Shown here: positions 48,676 to 60,711 of the stretch, piece after piece
Layout of the letters: each line of letters begins with the position of its first letter
Numbering within the stretch: position 1 is the first letter of the stretch
Assembly: GCA_030390025.1 (NCBI GenBank)
Contig: CM059425.1
Location: 206,584,001 to 206,648,000, forward strand
DNA from: Squalus acanthias
Lineage: Eukaryota
Length of the DNA stretch: 64,000 bases
Direction: 5' to 3'
Translations under genes and position numbers: made by a program
The notes under the pieces: generated by a model
Told to the model about the DNA's origin: nothing
Databases searched by the model: none
Seen by the model: the letters and a program-made list of their open reading frames with translations, nothing else

Positions 48676-50639
48676 GGCTGGAATTTTCATGCTGCTGTGC
48701 GTGCAGGATTGGAGGTGGGTTGGGACTAAAAGTGGGAATAAATCAGAGCGCGTTGGGAACCCACCATCATCCCGCCTCCTCGCGCCTTTAACTCAAGCGC
48801 ATTTGCCAGCGCGGCACGAACCCGAACGGCAGAGGCGGGCAACCTAATTTAGATCATTATTACCTTGTTGTCAGACTCTTAACTGTGTTTTTAACCAGAC
48901 CTTTTGAATTTCACTGGATGACCACGGGAATCACGCAACTCGGGAATCACGTCGGTCAAGCTGAGGCGGAAGCTCAGTGGTCATTGAGCGAGGTCATTAC
49001 TGCAGAGCATGGAAAGCACAATAAATACTCCCACATGACACCTGCTTACATTCCTAAGAGAAAGGCTCTTGCTGAGTGCATTTTGAGCACAGATTTAGGT
49101 GTCTACAGTTTGCAAGACTTTTCTGCAAATTTAGAAGCCACTCTCACCTCATTGCTACTACCTATCACACCATTGACAGATTGCTTCTCTGATCTCGACT
49201 TGACCTGCCATCTATTATATCAGTATGGGTGCCATTTATACTGTCTCACCTCGGTCCTCAGAATCGGACCACGATAAGCTCCAACACCAGCAGCAGCAGG
49301 CACACCAGCAGCAACAGCAACACCACCAACTTTCTCCTCAATGAGCTGATGCTCCACAGGACAGAGAGCATCAGCGCAGGGCTGGACCACGCCGGAGACG
49401 ATACCCCCAACACAGGGTATACAGGCAGAGGATGAGCTTCCTCAACATGACTGAGCAGCAGTGCCAAAGGAGGCTCAGGCTATCGTGCCAGCTCGTCGCA
49501 GACATTTCCAGATTACTGGAGCAACAGCTGCAGCCCAGAGGAGCGGGTGGACATGCCTTACCAGTGGCTGTCGAAGTCACCAGCCCCCTCAACTTCTTCA
49601 CCTCCAGCTCCTTCCAGGGATCTGCAGCAGACATTTGCGGCATCCCGCAGTTGGCCACCCTCAGATGCATCACACAGGTCACTGATGCCCTGTTTGACAG
49701 ATCAGCCAATTACATCAACTTTGCCACTGATGAAGCCTGTGTGACTGAGCGGGCGCTCAGCTTTGCCACGCTGGCTGACTTCTCACGGGTGCAGGGCATC
49801 ATCGACTGCACACATGTGGTCATCAGGGCACCACATCATCACCCAGGAGTGTTTTCAACTGCAAGGGCTTCCACTCCCTGAATGTGCAGCTGGTCTGCAA
49901 CCATAGAAAGATCATCGTGCATGTGTGCGCAAAATTCCCTGGCCACTGCCATGACTCTTTCATGCTGCTCCAGTCCACCCTCCCTCAGCTCTTCGCACCG
50001 CCAAACATACTTTCCAGCTGGCTGCTTGCAGACAAGAGCTATCAATTGAAGATGTGGCTCATGACATCCTTGAGGAGGCCAAGTACCGAGGCCGAGGAGA
50101 GATATAATGAATGCCACATGTCCACCAGATGTGTCATAGGGCAGACAATAGGCATGCTGAAAATGCGCTTCAGATGCCTTGACAGATCTGGAGGAGCCCT
50201 TCAATACACACCAGCCAGAGTCTCCAGAATCATCGTTGTCTGCTGCATACTGCACAACATAGTGCAGCAACGACGATTAACGCTGCATGAGGAGCAAGGC
50301 ACTGAGCTCACAACCTCTTCAGAGGAGGAGGAGGAGCATCAGCTGGAAGACGAGGATGATGGAGCTGGAAGATGCTGAAATGTACTGCCTGCACACTCAA
50401 AGATGAACCTTCAAATGCAATGTGTCAAGGCTCCTTTAAATATCCTGGCTGGAAATGAGTCATCGATGATGTCATCAGACCCACACCCTTTAATAGGGCC
50501 AGGAAACGTGCAGGCCTGCCTTAATAGGCGCCATTAAGGGAAAGTCACTCTGAGGAGCGGGATGAAAAGAAGAATGGGGTCCCAACCTGCCACGCCGACC
50601 ACCCGCACCCGCCCCGCCCAGGTAATGAAAATTTCAGCC
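48676..50639 (+). mobile_element. Harbinger family B, complete 1964-bp transposase-only element
   Basis: TIR ggctggaattttcat / atgaaaatttcagcc (14 of 15 match); TSD TTT. Confidence 0.92.
49225..50378 (+). pseudogene. Harbinger DDE transposase, frameshifted
   Basis: [36 protein letters not shown](G)[10 protein letters not shown] (E changed to G), CCILHN, acidic tail. Confidence 0.92.
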
Positions 50640-50869
50640 TTTATGCCTGAATCATGGGGTGGTATATTGCTGCAAGACTATGTGCCAGTGCACATAATCA
50701 AGGGTGTGCCTTGAGCATGCTTGTCTGCCAGCTTGGCATTATCTACTCACTATCTGAACAATCTCTCCTTATTGCTTTGTGTGTACAGGGAGGACATTGA
50801 TGACAAGGGAATAAATAGAGTTATAGAACAAGAGTCTAAAAAGATGGTTAAACATAAAGTGAGAGGAAA

Positions 50870-51235
50870 TCCTATTAAAAATGAGTTAAACTGTCTGTAT
50901 AGCAATGCACACAGTGTGTAATAAAACAGGGGAGCTGGAGGCAATCATGCATTGTGAGGAACCAGACATAGTAGGGATTACTGAGACATGATTACAGAAA
51001 AATCAGGATTGGGAATTAAACATTGCAGGGTATAACATATTTAGAAAAGATAGAGAGGGAAAAAGGGGAAGTGGAGTAGTTGTACTTATTAGGATAACAT
51101 AATGTCAGTAGAAAAAAGCGACGCAGCTATCAGCAAGACAAAAATAGAATCCATATAGATAGAGATAAAAGATAATAAAGGATCAATCACACTAATAGGT
51201 GTAGTCTACAGACCACCTAATAGTGGAAGGGAGGT
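50870..51235 (+). mobile_element. Old CR1 ORF2 endonuclease fragment
   Basis: CLYSNA..DIVGITET..GYNIFRKDR..GVVYRPP. Confidence 0.8.
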
Positions 51236-51246
51236 CATAGAGTCAT

Positions 51247-51756
51247 GGGAGAAAAATTGGCTTGCTTTGCACCTCCCGTTAGCGCCCCGAGGCCCAAAGC
51301 AACTAGCGCCCGGGCGCGGCACCACAAATGCCTCCCGTGAAATTCAGCGGCGGTGAGGGCCTCCTGCCACTTGCCCTCCGTCTCTCCACAGCGAATGCCA
51401 ACACCTCCAATGCTTGATCGCTGAATCTGCGGGCTTTCTCCCCGGGGCGAGGATCTGCCATGAATACAGCTGCTTCAGTCCTCTGGATCCTTGAGCTGCT
51501 GTTGCTTGCTGAGGCAGCTGCACAGCTAGCAATGCTGAGAATGAGGTTCTGCAGCATCAATGAACCTCCCCTTTAAGAATTGGAAAAAGCCTGTGGCAAT
51601 CATGACTTGCGATTAGACCGCACCTGTTATTGGTCCACCCTTTCAGTGTAATGCCAATGAAATTTTGCATGCAGTCTAAAGCATTAGCGCCTGGCACTAA
51701 TTCTCCTACTTTTCTAATTATACCGCACATTCCTGGGCTACAGTGAATTTCTAGCC
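51247..51756 (-). mobile_element. Harbinger deletion derivative retaining the Myb gene 5' end
   Basis: TIR-like gggagaaaaatt / aatttctagcc; flanks CAT/TAT; MADPRPGEKARRFSDQALEVLAFAVERRR on the minus strand; TTAGCGCC motifs. Confidence 0.7.
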
Positions 51757-51879
51757 TATTATCTCATCCAGTATCATCCAGGTTTGAAGTGCAGGGGAAA
51801 GTATTGATCCCCTTTTGATAATATCAGTGTCTGCAAGTACTCAGATAAGCTCCGGAATTGTGTTATGTATCAGCAGCAC

Positions 51880-52480
51880 ACTGAAAGTAGATGCATTTTG
51901 TTATTCCTAACAGCTGAACAGTTAAGATAAGCCATTTTTTTATAAAAGCCAACCAATACAAATTTTGCCGGAATCAGTATCTTCTGGTTGTGGCAAACAT
52001 CAGGTATTATTGGCAATCAAAATATTTTTGCGAGCCAATTCCTGTCATTGCTCTTTCTTCTGATCTTTAGATTGATGGCTCCATATTTAAGAAACCATAA
52101 TGTTGCCTTTGAAACTTATTTTTGATTGATAGTTTTGTTTAATTGATCTGCCTTCGTATCAGCTTAACATCAAAGGGAAAGAGAAGGATATAACCCAGGC
52201 CAGAAGCATTTTTGTTTCAATTCCCGTCTGCTCTGCTGCTATACTGGCTTGAGGCAAACGATAGGATTCGTGTGTTGATTGTCGAACGTCAATGTTTTTT
52301 TCATGAACGTGTAATCCAAATTTATGGGAATAACTGCACTTTTGGGACTTTTAAGGGTAAATTTTGTGAGGCCCTGTGCATAATTACTGAGTGATATCCT
52401 TTCCTATTTTTGTATGGTATAGCTTGACCTGACGGAGGCTGAATGACCACGTGTGTGCAATCTTTAATACCCTGCATGCG
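51880..52480. promoter_or_regulatory. Candidate developmental enhancer
   Basis: No recognisable repeat; MEIS CTGTCA 52042, PBX-HOX AGATTGATGG 52069 and TGATTGAT 52123, TCF/LEF CCTTTGAA 52106 and ACATCAAAGG 52167. Confidence 0.4.
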
Positions 52481-52662
52481 TGGGAAGATGTCAATATCAA
52501 CAAATAAAATAACTTGCCCTTATTTAGCACCTTATTATGCCCTGAGGATGTCCTGAAGTGCCTTATATGATGGATTACTTTTGAAGTGTGGTTACTCTTC
52601 CTATGTAGGCAAACATGGCGGCCAATTTGCACATGGCCAGCTCACTCAAAAATCAAATAAAT

Positions 52663-53111
52663 AAAAAAAAGAAAGACTTACATTTATATAGCACCTTTCA
52701 TGACCACCGGACGTCTCAAAGCGCTTTACAGCCAATGCAGCACTTTTGGAGTGTAGTCACTGTTGTAATGTGGGAAACACGGCAGCCAATTGGCATACCG
52801 CAAGCTCCCACAAGCAGCAGTGTGATAATGACCAGATAATCTGTTTTTGTTATGTTGATTGAGGGATAAATATTGGCCAGGACACTGGGGATAACTCCCC
52901 TGCTCTTCTTTTACGTCCACCTAAGAGAGCATACGGGGCCTCGGTTTAACATCGCATCCGAATGACGGTACCTCTGACAGTGCAGCACCCCATCAGCACT
53001 GCACTAGAGTGTCAGTCTAGATTTATGTGCTCAAGTTCCTGGAGTGGGACTTGAACCCACAACTTTCTGACTCAAAGGCGAGTGTGCTACCCACGGAGCC
53101 ACAGTTGACAC
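52663..53111 (-). mobile_element. Full-length tRNA-head Deu-domain SINE (SacSINE1-like)
   Basis: A box GTGGCTCCGTGGGTAGC (53102-53086), B box GGGTTCAAGTCCC (53058-53046), Deu-like core, L2-like tail. Confidence 0.9.
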
Positions 53112-53754
53112 AGATCATTTGATTTTGATGGTATTTGTTGAGGAAGAATGTTGGCCAGGACACCAGGAGAACTTCCTCCTTTTGTTCATATAATACCATG
53201 ATATCTTTTACATCCTCCTGAGCAGGCCGACATGGCTAGCGGACATCCGGGCCACTCTGCGCACATCTCAGACAGACTCCTGATTGGAGTGAGCATGGGC
53301 AATGTAGCAATGGGCAGCTGCTTGAAAGTACCCTGGCTGTCCAGCCCAACAAATATATTTCAAAGGGCTTAGGTGACCAATCTGATCCATCAGCTGACTG
53401 TTCTTTGGGGGGTCCAAGCCCATATCCAGGCTTAGGCACCCAAGAGAACCCTACATTTATTGCTTAATGGGCACCTTGTTCATCCCGGCATATTAGCCAC
53501 CCAGTGTAACCCAAGCTGGGACCAAGGAAATTCCCCTGGTTAAACCCATTCTGACGTAAGGGGCCTTGTTTACAGCAGTTATAGTTTCTGCCCTAAAAAG
53601 GTCCCCCCGAAACTTGGTACTGAGTCCAGGACCTGGTGTATCTGGGTCCTGACCTAATTCGTGGACCTTCTGCTGCCCAGTCGCTACACCGGAAAGGCAT
53701 GCAAATGTTTGGAGCCTGCTCAACTCTTATAGTGGGGCTTCAATCGACAACCTT

Positions 53755-54964
53755 GGTCCAAACATGGACAAAGGAGCTGAATTCCAGTGGTGAGGTGAGA
53801 GTGACTGCCCTTGACATCCAGGCAGCATTTGACCGAGTTTGGCATCAAGGAGCCCTAGTAAAACTGAAGTCAATGGGAATCAGGGGGAAAACGCTCCACT
53901 GGCTGTAGTCATACCTAGCACAAAGGAAGATGGTTGTGATGGTTGAAGGTCAATCATCACAGCCCCAGGACATCGCTGCAGGAGTTCCTCAGGGCAGTGT
54001 CCTAGGCCCAACCATCTTCAGCTGCTTCATCAATGACCTTCCCTCCAACATAAGGTCAGAAATGGGGATGTTCGCTGATGACTGCACAGTGTTCAGCGCC
54101 ATTCACAACTCCTCCGATAATGAAGCAGTCCATGCCCGCATGCAACAAGACCTGGACGACGTTCAGGCTTGGGCTGATAAGTGGCAGGTAACATTCGTGC
54201 CACACAAGTGCCAGGCAATGACTATCTCCAACAAGCGAGAGTCTAACCACCTCCCCTTGACATTAAATGGCATTACCATCGCCGAATCCCCCAGTATCAA
54301 TATCCTGGGGGTCACCATTAACCAGAAACTTAACTGGACCAGCCACATAAATACTGTGGCAACAAGAGCAGATCAGTGGCTAGGTATTCTGCGGCGAGTG
54401 TCTCACCTCCTGACTCCCCAAAGCCTTTCCACCATCTACAAGGCACAAGTAAGGAGTGTGATGGAATACTCTCCACTTGCCTGGATGAGTGCAGCTCCAA
54501 CAACACTCAAGAAGCTCGACACCATCCAGTACATAGCAGCCCGCTTGATTGGCATCCCATCCACCACGTTAAACATTCACTCCCTCCACCACCAGCGTAC
54601 CGTGGCTGCAGTGTGTACCATGTACAAGATGCACTGCAGCAACTCGCCAAGGCTTCTTTGGCAGCACCTCCCAAACCCACGACCTCTTCCACAAGGGCAG
54701 CAGGCGCATGGGAACACCACCACCTCCAAGTTCCCCTCCAAGTCTCACACCATCCTGACTTAGAAGTATATCGCCGATCCTTCATCGTTGCTGGGTCAAA
54801 ATCCTGGAACTCCCTACCTAACAGCACTGTGGGAGTACCTTCACCACACGGACTGCAGCGGTTCCAAAAGGCGGCTCACCACCACCTTCTCAAGGGCAAT
54901 TAGGGATGGGCAATAAATGCTGGCCTTGCCAACGATGCCCATATCCCATAAGTGAATAAAAAAA
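53755..54964 (+). mobile_element. LINE family B, 5'-truncated (RT C-terminal half and 3' UTR)
   Basis: [27 protein letters not shown] (ORF 53930..54763); A tail; TSD AACCTT (53749-53754, 54965-54970). Confidence 0.93.
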
Positions 54965-56640
54965 AACCTTCTGACTCAGAGGTGTGATTGCTACTTCTGA
55001 GCCAAAATATCCTCAGAAGACTTCCTTCATGGACTCTGCTGCAAGCCAACTTCTGTGCCCCCCCACCCACCCCCTAGGAAAGCCATGGAAATCTGGGGCT
55101 GTGTAAAATGGATGGACACCTCATGATGCAGGTGTTCATCCGTTTCCCCTGACCTTTGCACCCAAGGAATTTGGTAATTTCACAGGAAAATGGTCAGGCA
55201 AATCCACCCTCTGGTCACTTTAGTATCCATAGGCAGAGCTATGGTCATGGTGGATAGTAGGGCAGAATTTCCAGAAGGACAATGGATTCTTTACAAATAG
55301 GATTATTAAAATGTGTGCAGATAAGAAGTACGTTTGAAGTGGAGTCACCGTTGTAATGTAGGGAAACATGGCAGCCAACTTGCGCATAGCAAAGTCCCAC
55401 AAACAGCAATGAGATAATGACGAGATAATGGCCGCAAAATTTGGCACCTTCGCGCCGGCTGTTAAGGCAGGTTTTGGCAATAAAATGGTGGCCGCCACAC
55501 TTCCGCTCACTCCTGGCGTGCGACGCGTCAGCTGCCATTTTGGGCAGGTCGGTAGCGCGGCCGTTGCCTGTGTTCACCAGAAGAATGGTAACGAGGCAGA
55601 TCGTGACGTCAATCAGCATGCAACGCTGATTTGACACATGACCTGCTACTTTGGATGTCGCCGTTCGACTGCACTCCCTTTCCAAAGCACGCACAGCTGA
55701 ACGTACATTCAGCTGCACGAGGGACCCCCCACCAGCGCTATTTAAAGGGATCATCAACAACTTGCAGGTGACTTGCTTTTTGATTTCTGCTGACTCTGTG
55801 TAAGTTTGTGCAACTGTTTGGAGCTTTCTAAAGTAATGTAAAGTTGGTGAGGTGACTGGGAGAGTTGCGGCAAGTGGAGAAGGCCTTGCTTCTGAATTCA
55901 AATGTTCTGCTCCCACTTGCTCCCAGTCATGGGGGCTCTACTTGCAGTCCCCCTCACGCTGGAGCATGACAAGAAGATGGAGCAGTGGCAGCAAAGAAGA
56001 GAACAAGCTGCTCACAGAGAGAAGAGGAGGGGGAGGGGCAGGAGGCCTCTCAGCAGGAAGCCTTATCCACCTAGCGTCTTCCAAGAGCACTTTTCCCTCC
56101 TGCACTTAACCCAGGAGCAGTGTATTCAGAGCCTTCGCTTCATCAAGGAGGTGGTCGCAGAACTCTGCCACCTCTTAGAACCAGACCTGCAGCCTGAGAG
56201 CAGGGCAACGATGGCGCTGTCAGTGGCCCACAAGGTAACCATGGCCCTCAATTTTTCTCTTACTGGATCCTTCCAGTCTGAAGCCGGCAACATAGCTAAC
56301 ATCTCCCAGTAGCGCCCTGCCTCCTGCTTGGGGTGTTACCATTCAATTTCGGGCGCGGGGCGCTAACTTTTTCGGGGTGCTAAAAGTAGCGTTCCGGCGA
56401 AATTATCGCCCCAAAGGGGGTGCGAGCCAATTTTCCCCCCCAAGGTGCCGTTCCTCGAGCTTATGTTGAGCTTCATTGAGGATTTCATAAAATAACACTT
56501 TCAGAGATAAAAATAAAGTTCCCATAAATATAATATAAAGTGCTGTTTAGTTAATTTGAAGTCACTTGCCTTCTTCTTCAGTTCTGCAGTCATCGTGTGC
56601 AGAAAGTGATTGATCGATTTATTGACTCTCTTCTGGTGGG

Positions 56641-57419
56641 TAGGCATGACTCCAGCCAGTGGAGAATTTTCCCCCTGATTCCCACTGACTTCAATTTTAC
56701 TAGGGCACCTTGAAGCTACACTCAGTCAAATGCTGCCTTGATGTCAAGGGCAGTCACTCTTATCTCACCTCTGGAATTCAGCTCTTTTGTCCATGTTTGG
56801 ACCAAGGCTGTAATGAGGTATGGAGCTGAGTGGTCCTGGTGGAATCCAAACTGCATGTCGGTGAGCAGGTTATTGGTGAGTAAGTGCCGCTTGATAGCAC
56901 TTATGACGACACCTTCCATCACTTTGCTGATGATCGAAAGTAGACTGATGGGGCGGTAATTGGCTAGATTGGCTTGGTCCTGCTTTTTGTGGACAGGACA
57001 TACCTGAGCAATTTTCCACATTGTCAGATAGATGCCAGTGTTGTAGCTGTACTGGAACATCTTGGCTAGAGGCGCGGCTAGTTCTGGAGCACAAGTCTTC
57101 AGCACAGCAGCTGGGATGTTGTCGGGGCCCACAGCCTCTGCTGTATCCAGTGCGCGCAGCCATTTCTTTATATCATGTGGAGTGGATCTAATTGGCTGAA
57201 GACTGGCTCCTGTGATGGTGGGGACCTCAGGAGGAGGCCGAGATGGATCATCCACTTGGCACTTCTGGCTGAAGATGGTAGCGACTGCTTCAGCCTTGTC
57301 TTTTGCACTCATGTGCTGGGCTCCACCATCATTGAGGATGGGGATGTTCCTGGAGGCTCCTCCTCCCGTTAGATGTTTAATTGCTCACCACCATTCACAA
57401 GTGGATGTGGCAGGACTGT
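56641..57419 (-). mobile_element. LINE family B internal fragment (no 3' end)
   Basis: GPDNIP..NYRPISLLS..QFGF..ALDIKAAFD (ORF 56722..57312). Confidence 0.9.
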
Positions 57420-57842
57420 ATGGTAGGATATTGCATTTGGTAGGATATTGCATTTGATGAGGCATTCACTCACCTTGACCACTCGTGCGAGCTCATTAAA
57501 CTTCTTGCGGCACTGGATCCAGGTCCTTGGGGCAACACTCGTGGCACTGATGGCTTGGGCTATCTCCTCCCACTGCCTTCTGGCATTCTGTCTGGAAGGC
57601 CTCCTGCCCCGCTGCAGGTAGAGGAGCAATCTTCTTCTCTATTCCACCAGGACCAAGGCCTCCAGTGCTGCATCTGAGAAGCGCTGAGCCCTTTCTCTTC
57701 CCTGTTGCATCATCGCTGCATCCAGAGTGACAATGAGGTGCTTCTGCAACAAAGCACCTCCACTTTAAGAACTGCAGAGAGCCTAGGCAAAATCTTATTG
57801 GCCAGTAGACTGCACCCGATATAGGCCCCCCACTTGCACGCT

Positions 57843-58746
57843 TAGAATCATAGAAAGTTACAGCACGGAAGGAGGCCATTTCGGCCCATCGTGTCCACGC
57901 CGGCCAACAAAGAGCTATCCAGCCTAATCCCACTTCCCAGCTCTTGGTCCGTAACCCTGCAGGTTATAGCATCCCAAGTGCATATCCAAGTACTTTTTAA
58001 ATATGGTTAGGGTTCCTGCCTCTCCCACCCTTTCAGGCAGTGAGTTCCACCCTCTGGGTGAAGAAATGTCCCCTCAAATCCCCTCTAAACCTTCCACCAA
58101 TTACTTTAAATCTGTGCCCCCTGGTTTTTGACCCCTCTGCTAAGGGAAATAGGTCCTCTGTATCCACTTTATCTATGCCCCTCATAATTTTATACACCTC
58201 AATAAGGTCTCCCCTCAGCCTCCTCTGTTCCAAGGAAAACAGACCCAGCCTATCCAGTCTTTCCTCATAACTAAGATTCTCTACTCCCGGCAACATCCTT
58301 GTAAATCTCCTCTGTACCCTCTCTAGTGCAATCACATCTTTCCTGTAATGGGGTGACCAGAACTGCATGCAGTACTCTAGCTGAGGCCTAACTAGTGTTT
58401 TATACAGTTGAAGCATAACCCCCCTGCTCTTGTATTCTATGCCACGGCTAATAAAGGCAAGCATTCCATATGCCTTCTTAACCACCTTATCTACTTGGCC
58501 TGCCAACTTCAAGGATCTGTGGACATGCACTCCAAGGTCCCTTTGTTCCTCTACACTACTCAGTGTCCTACCATTTAATGTGTATTCCCTTTCCTTGTTA
58601 GCCCTCCCCAAATGCATTACCTCACACTTCTCCGGATTGAATTCCATTTGCCACTGTTCTGCCCACCTGACCAATTTATTGATATCTTCCTGCAGTCTAC
58701 AGCTTCCTTCTTCAGTATCAACCAAACAGCCGATTTTAGTATCATT
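57843..58746 (-). mobile_element. CR1 3' fragment
   Basis: ORF 58033..58725 (WQMEFNPEKC..LEYCMQFWSP..FFTQRV); tail TTCTATGATTCT. Confidence 0.93.
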
Positions 58747-59961
58747 TAGCGTTTAGCGCTGAGCTCAGCACTCCAATCATTATAATGAGCAAGCAGCACA
58801 AATTCTGCGTGCTGCCTGCACCACTTTGAATGGGCGCGGGCAGATCACGCTTTGTGATTCCGGCGCACGTTTTTGGGCCAATCCAATTTCATCCCCAATC
58901 TGTTTTATTGATGTCAGTTGAGTGATCAATATTGGCCAGGACACCGGGGTGAACTCCCCTGCTCATCTTCGACATAGTGCCATGGGATTTTTTACGCCGA
59001 TTTGAGAGGGCAGATGGGTCCTCGGTTTAATGTCTCATCCATGACATTGAAAATAAGGAGGAAAGACAAGTATATGATATGACTCTGCTATATTTGTACA
59101 CTTGACTACAGTGCAGTTGACATTGAGAGCTCTTTCAAAGAATGCTGATGATACCACCTGAATTGCTATCTTTGATCATGTATAATGAATTAGGCTTGAT
59201 GGCTGATCGAAGAAAAAACATCTGCTCTTAGCTGCTCTGATCTTCCTTGCCTGGACCACATCCAGCGTGTGATGTAGCTGGACATGCAATAAAATGGATC
59301 AAACTCTTCATGCTTATAGTTCACGTAGTTTGATCATTTGAAATAAAACAAGATTGCCTTGCTTGAGTTAATTAAATTACAGTCTTTTTTGCACATGACC
59401 TTTCTTCTGCTTTTGAGGTTTGAGATTTTTTTCAGGCTTGCTTTTCATTACTATATTCAATTTCAATGTTCATGCTAATAAAACTTTTTTTTTTACATTA
59501 AGAATTTCTATATCTCATAGTCAAGCTTCTTATGCGATGTGATTTTTGAAATTGTTAACTTGGTGCCTTGCAAAATAATGCATTGTAAAATTTTGACTAG
59601 ACTAGGATATCCACAGACAAAGTAAGGGTAAAACTCAACTTTGGCAGAGGCACAAAATGGATCGGCCACCCGTTATACACCCCGCACGATATTCCTATTC
59701 ATTGACTTCTTCATCCATGATTATCTTGTAATATTGTGCTCTTACCAAACATTCAAATATCAGTCGATGCAACTTTTATTAACCCTTACAGTGCAAGGTG
59801 CCAGGGTCAAAGTTGTTCCTATGTACTGCTCCCGCATAGGAGGGCAAATCATAAATCCACCAATGAGGAAGTGGCAAAGAGAACAGTCCTTTTCATACTG
59901 ACAGACCACCCAAACTGAAATAGATAAATCCAGAAACGTAAAGCAGGAATAGAAACACATT

Positions 59962-60711
59962 GGCCCAGATTTTGCTGGAGCGGGGCATCTCGCAGCGTGC
60001 CCTGATAGTTAGAATTTTTCCCTCACCCTTCAGCTGGAAAAAAAATTCCGCCGCAAGTTGCTGGAAGTGCGAGCTGATAATGAGGTCAACGAGATATCTG
60101 GGACCTTGGTGAACGATGGGAGCAATAGTCTATCTCCTTAACCAATGAGATTTAAGGATTGAGAAAGAAACAGAGGAATGATGGAGAAGGAAATTATTTT
60201 TATTAGAGTCAAATCAGTTACAGAAAGATAAATAAAGAGAGGGAAAGAAAGATTGGATTAAGAGAAAGAGAGAAAAAAGAGACAAAGGAAAAGTAAGAAT
60301 TTTTTTTCCAAGATTTACATTTTAAAAAGCTTTAAGAACAATTTACTACCTGTAGGAATGAGAGTCGACACAGTTTCAATTGTTCCCTTTCTGGGCCGGA
60401 GAGGTTGAGTGGCATTACAGGAACGTCATTAAAAAAGATCCTTACACTGTTAAGTACTAGCCCTAACTTTCTACGTGAAATTTAATTGGTAATTAATGCA
60501 CAAATGCAGCAAATTCATGAAACTCATGGAGAGGTTGAGAGCAAACTTACATTTTTGCGTGGCTAACGGCGGAATGGTGTAAATCATCCAGCAATTTGTG
60601 GCGATTCACAACTCACAGGGTATTTCTTCACCGCCACAAATTGCTGGATGATTTACACATTAATAAATGGTATTAAACTCGCCATTATCAAACCATCCCA
60701 AAACTCTCACC
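59962..60711. mobile_element. Old Harbinger-type non-autonomous element
   Basis: Weak TIR ggcccagattttg / caaaactctcacc; TSD ATT; internal inverted repeat aaatcatccagcaatttgtggcg / cgccacaaattgctggatgattt. Confidence 0.55.

Larger units (their letters stand above)
52505..55004 (-). mobile_element. Old Deu-SINE fragmented by insertions (pieces 52505-52660, 53112-53236, 53730-53754, 54965-55004)
   Basis: Pieces are colinear with the younger full-length copy. Confidence 0.65.
55430..58896 (+). mobile_element. Harbinger family A copy with replaced interior
   Basis: Ends ggccgcaaaatt / aatttcatcccc; TSD AAT; transposase N-terminus 55929-56310; Myb exon 1 ~57710-57473 (-) with WEEIAQAI..RTWIQCRKKFNEL and an intact GTGAGT donor. 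Confidence 0.88.
55322..59040 (-). mobile_element. Deu-SINE split by a Harbinger (55322-55429 and 58897-59040)
   Basis: Halves rejoin as agatAATctgtttt, as at 52833-52848. Confidence 0.85.

Noticed and set aside
53040-53111. tRNA gene
   Set aside because: The A and B boxes run directly into a SINE body and tail; this is a SINE head.
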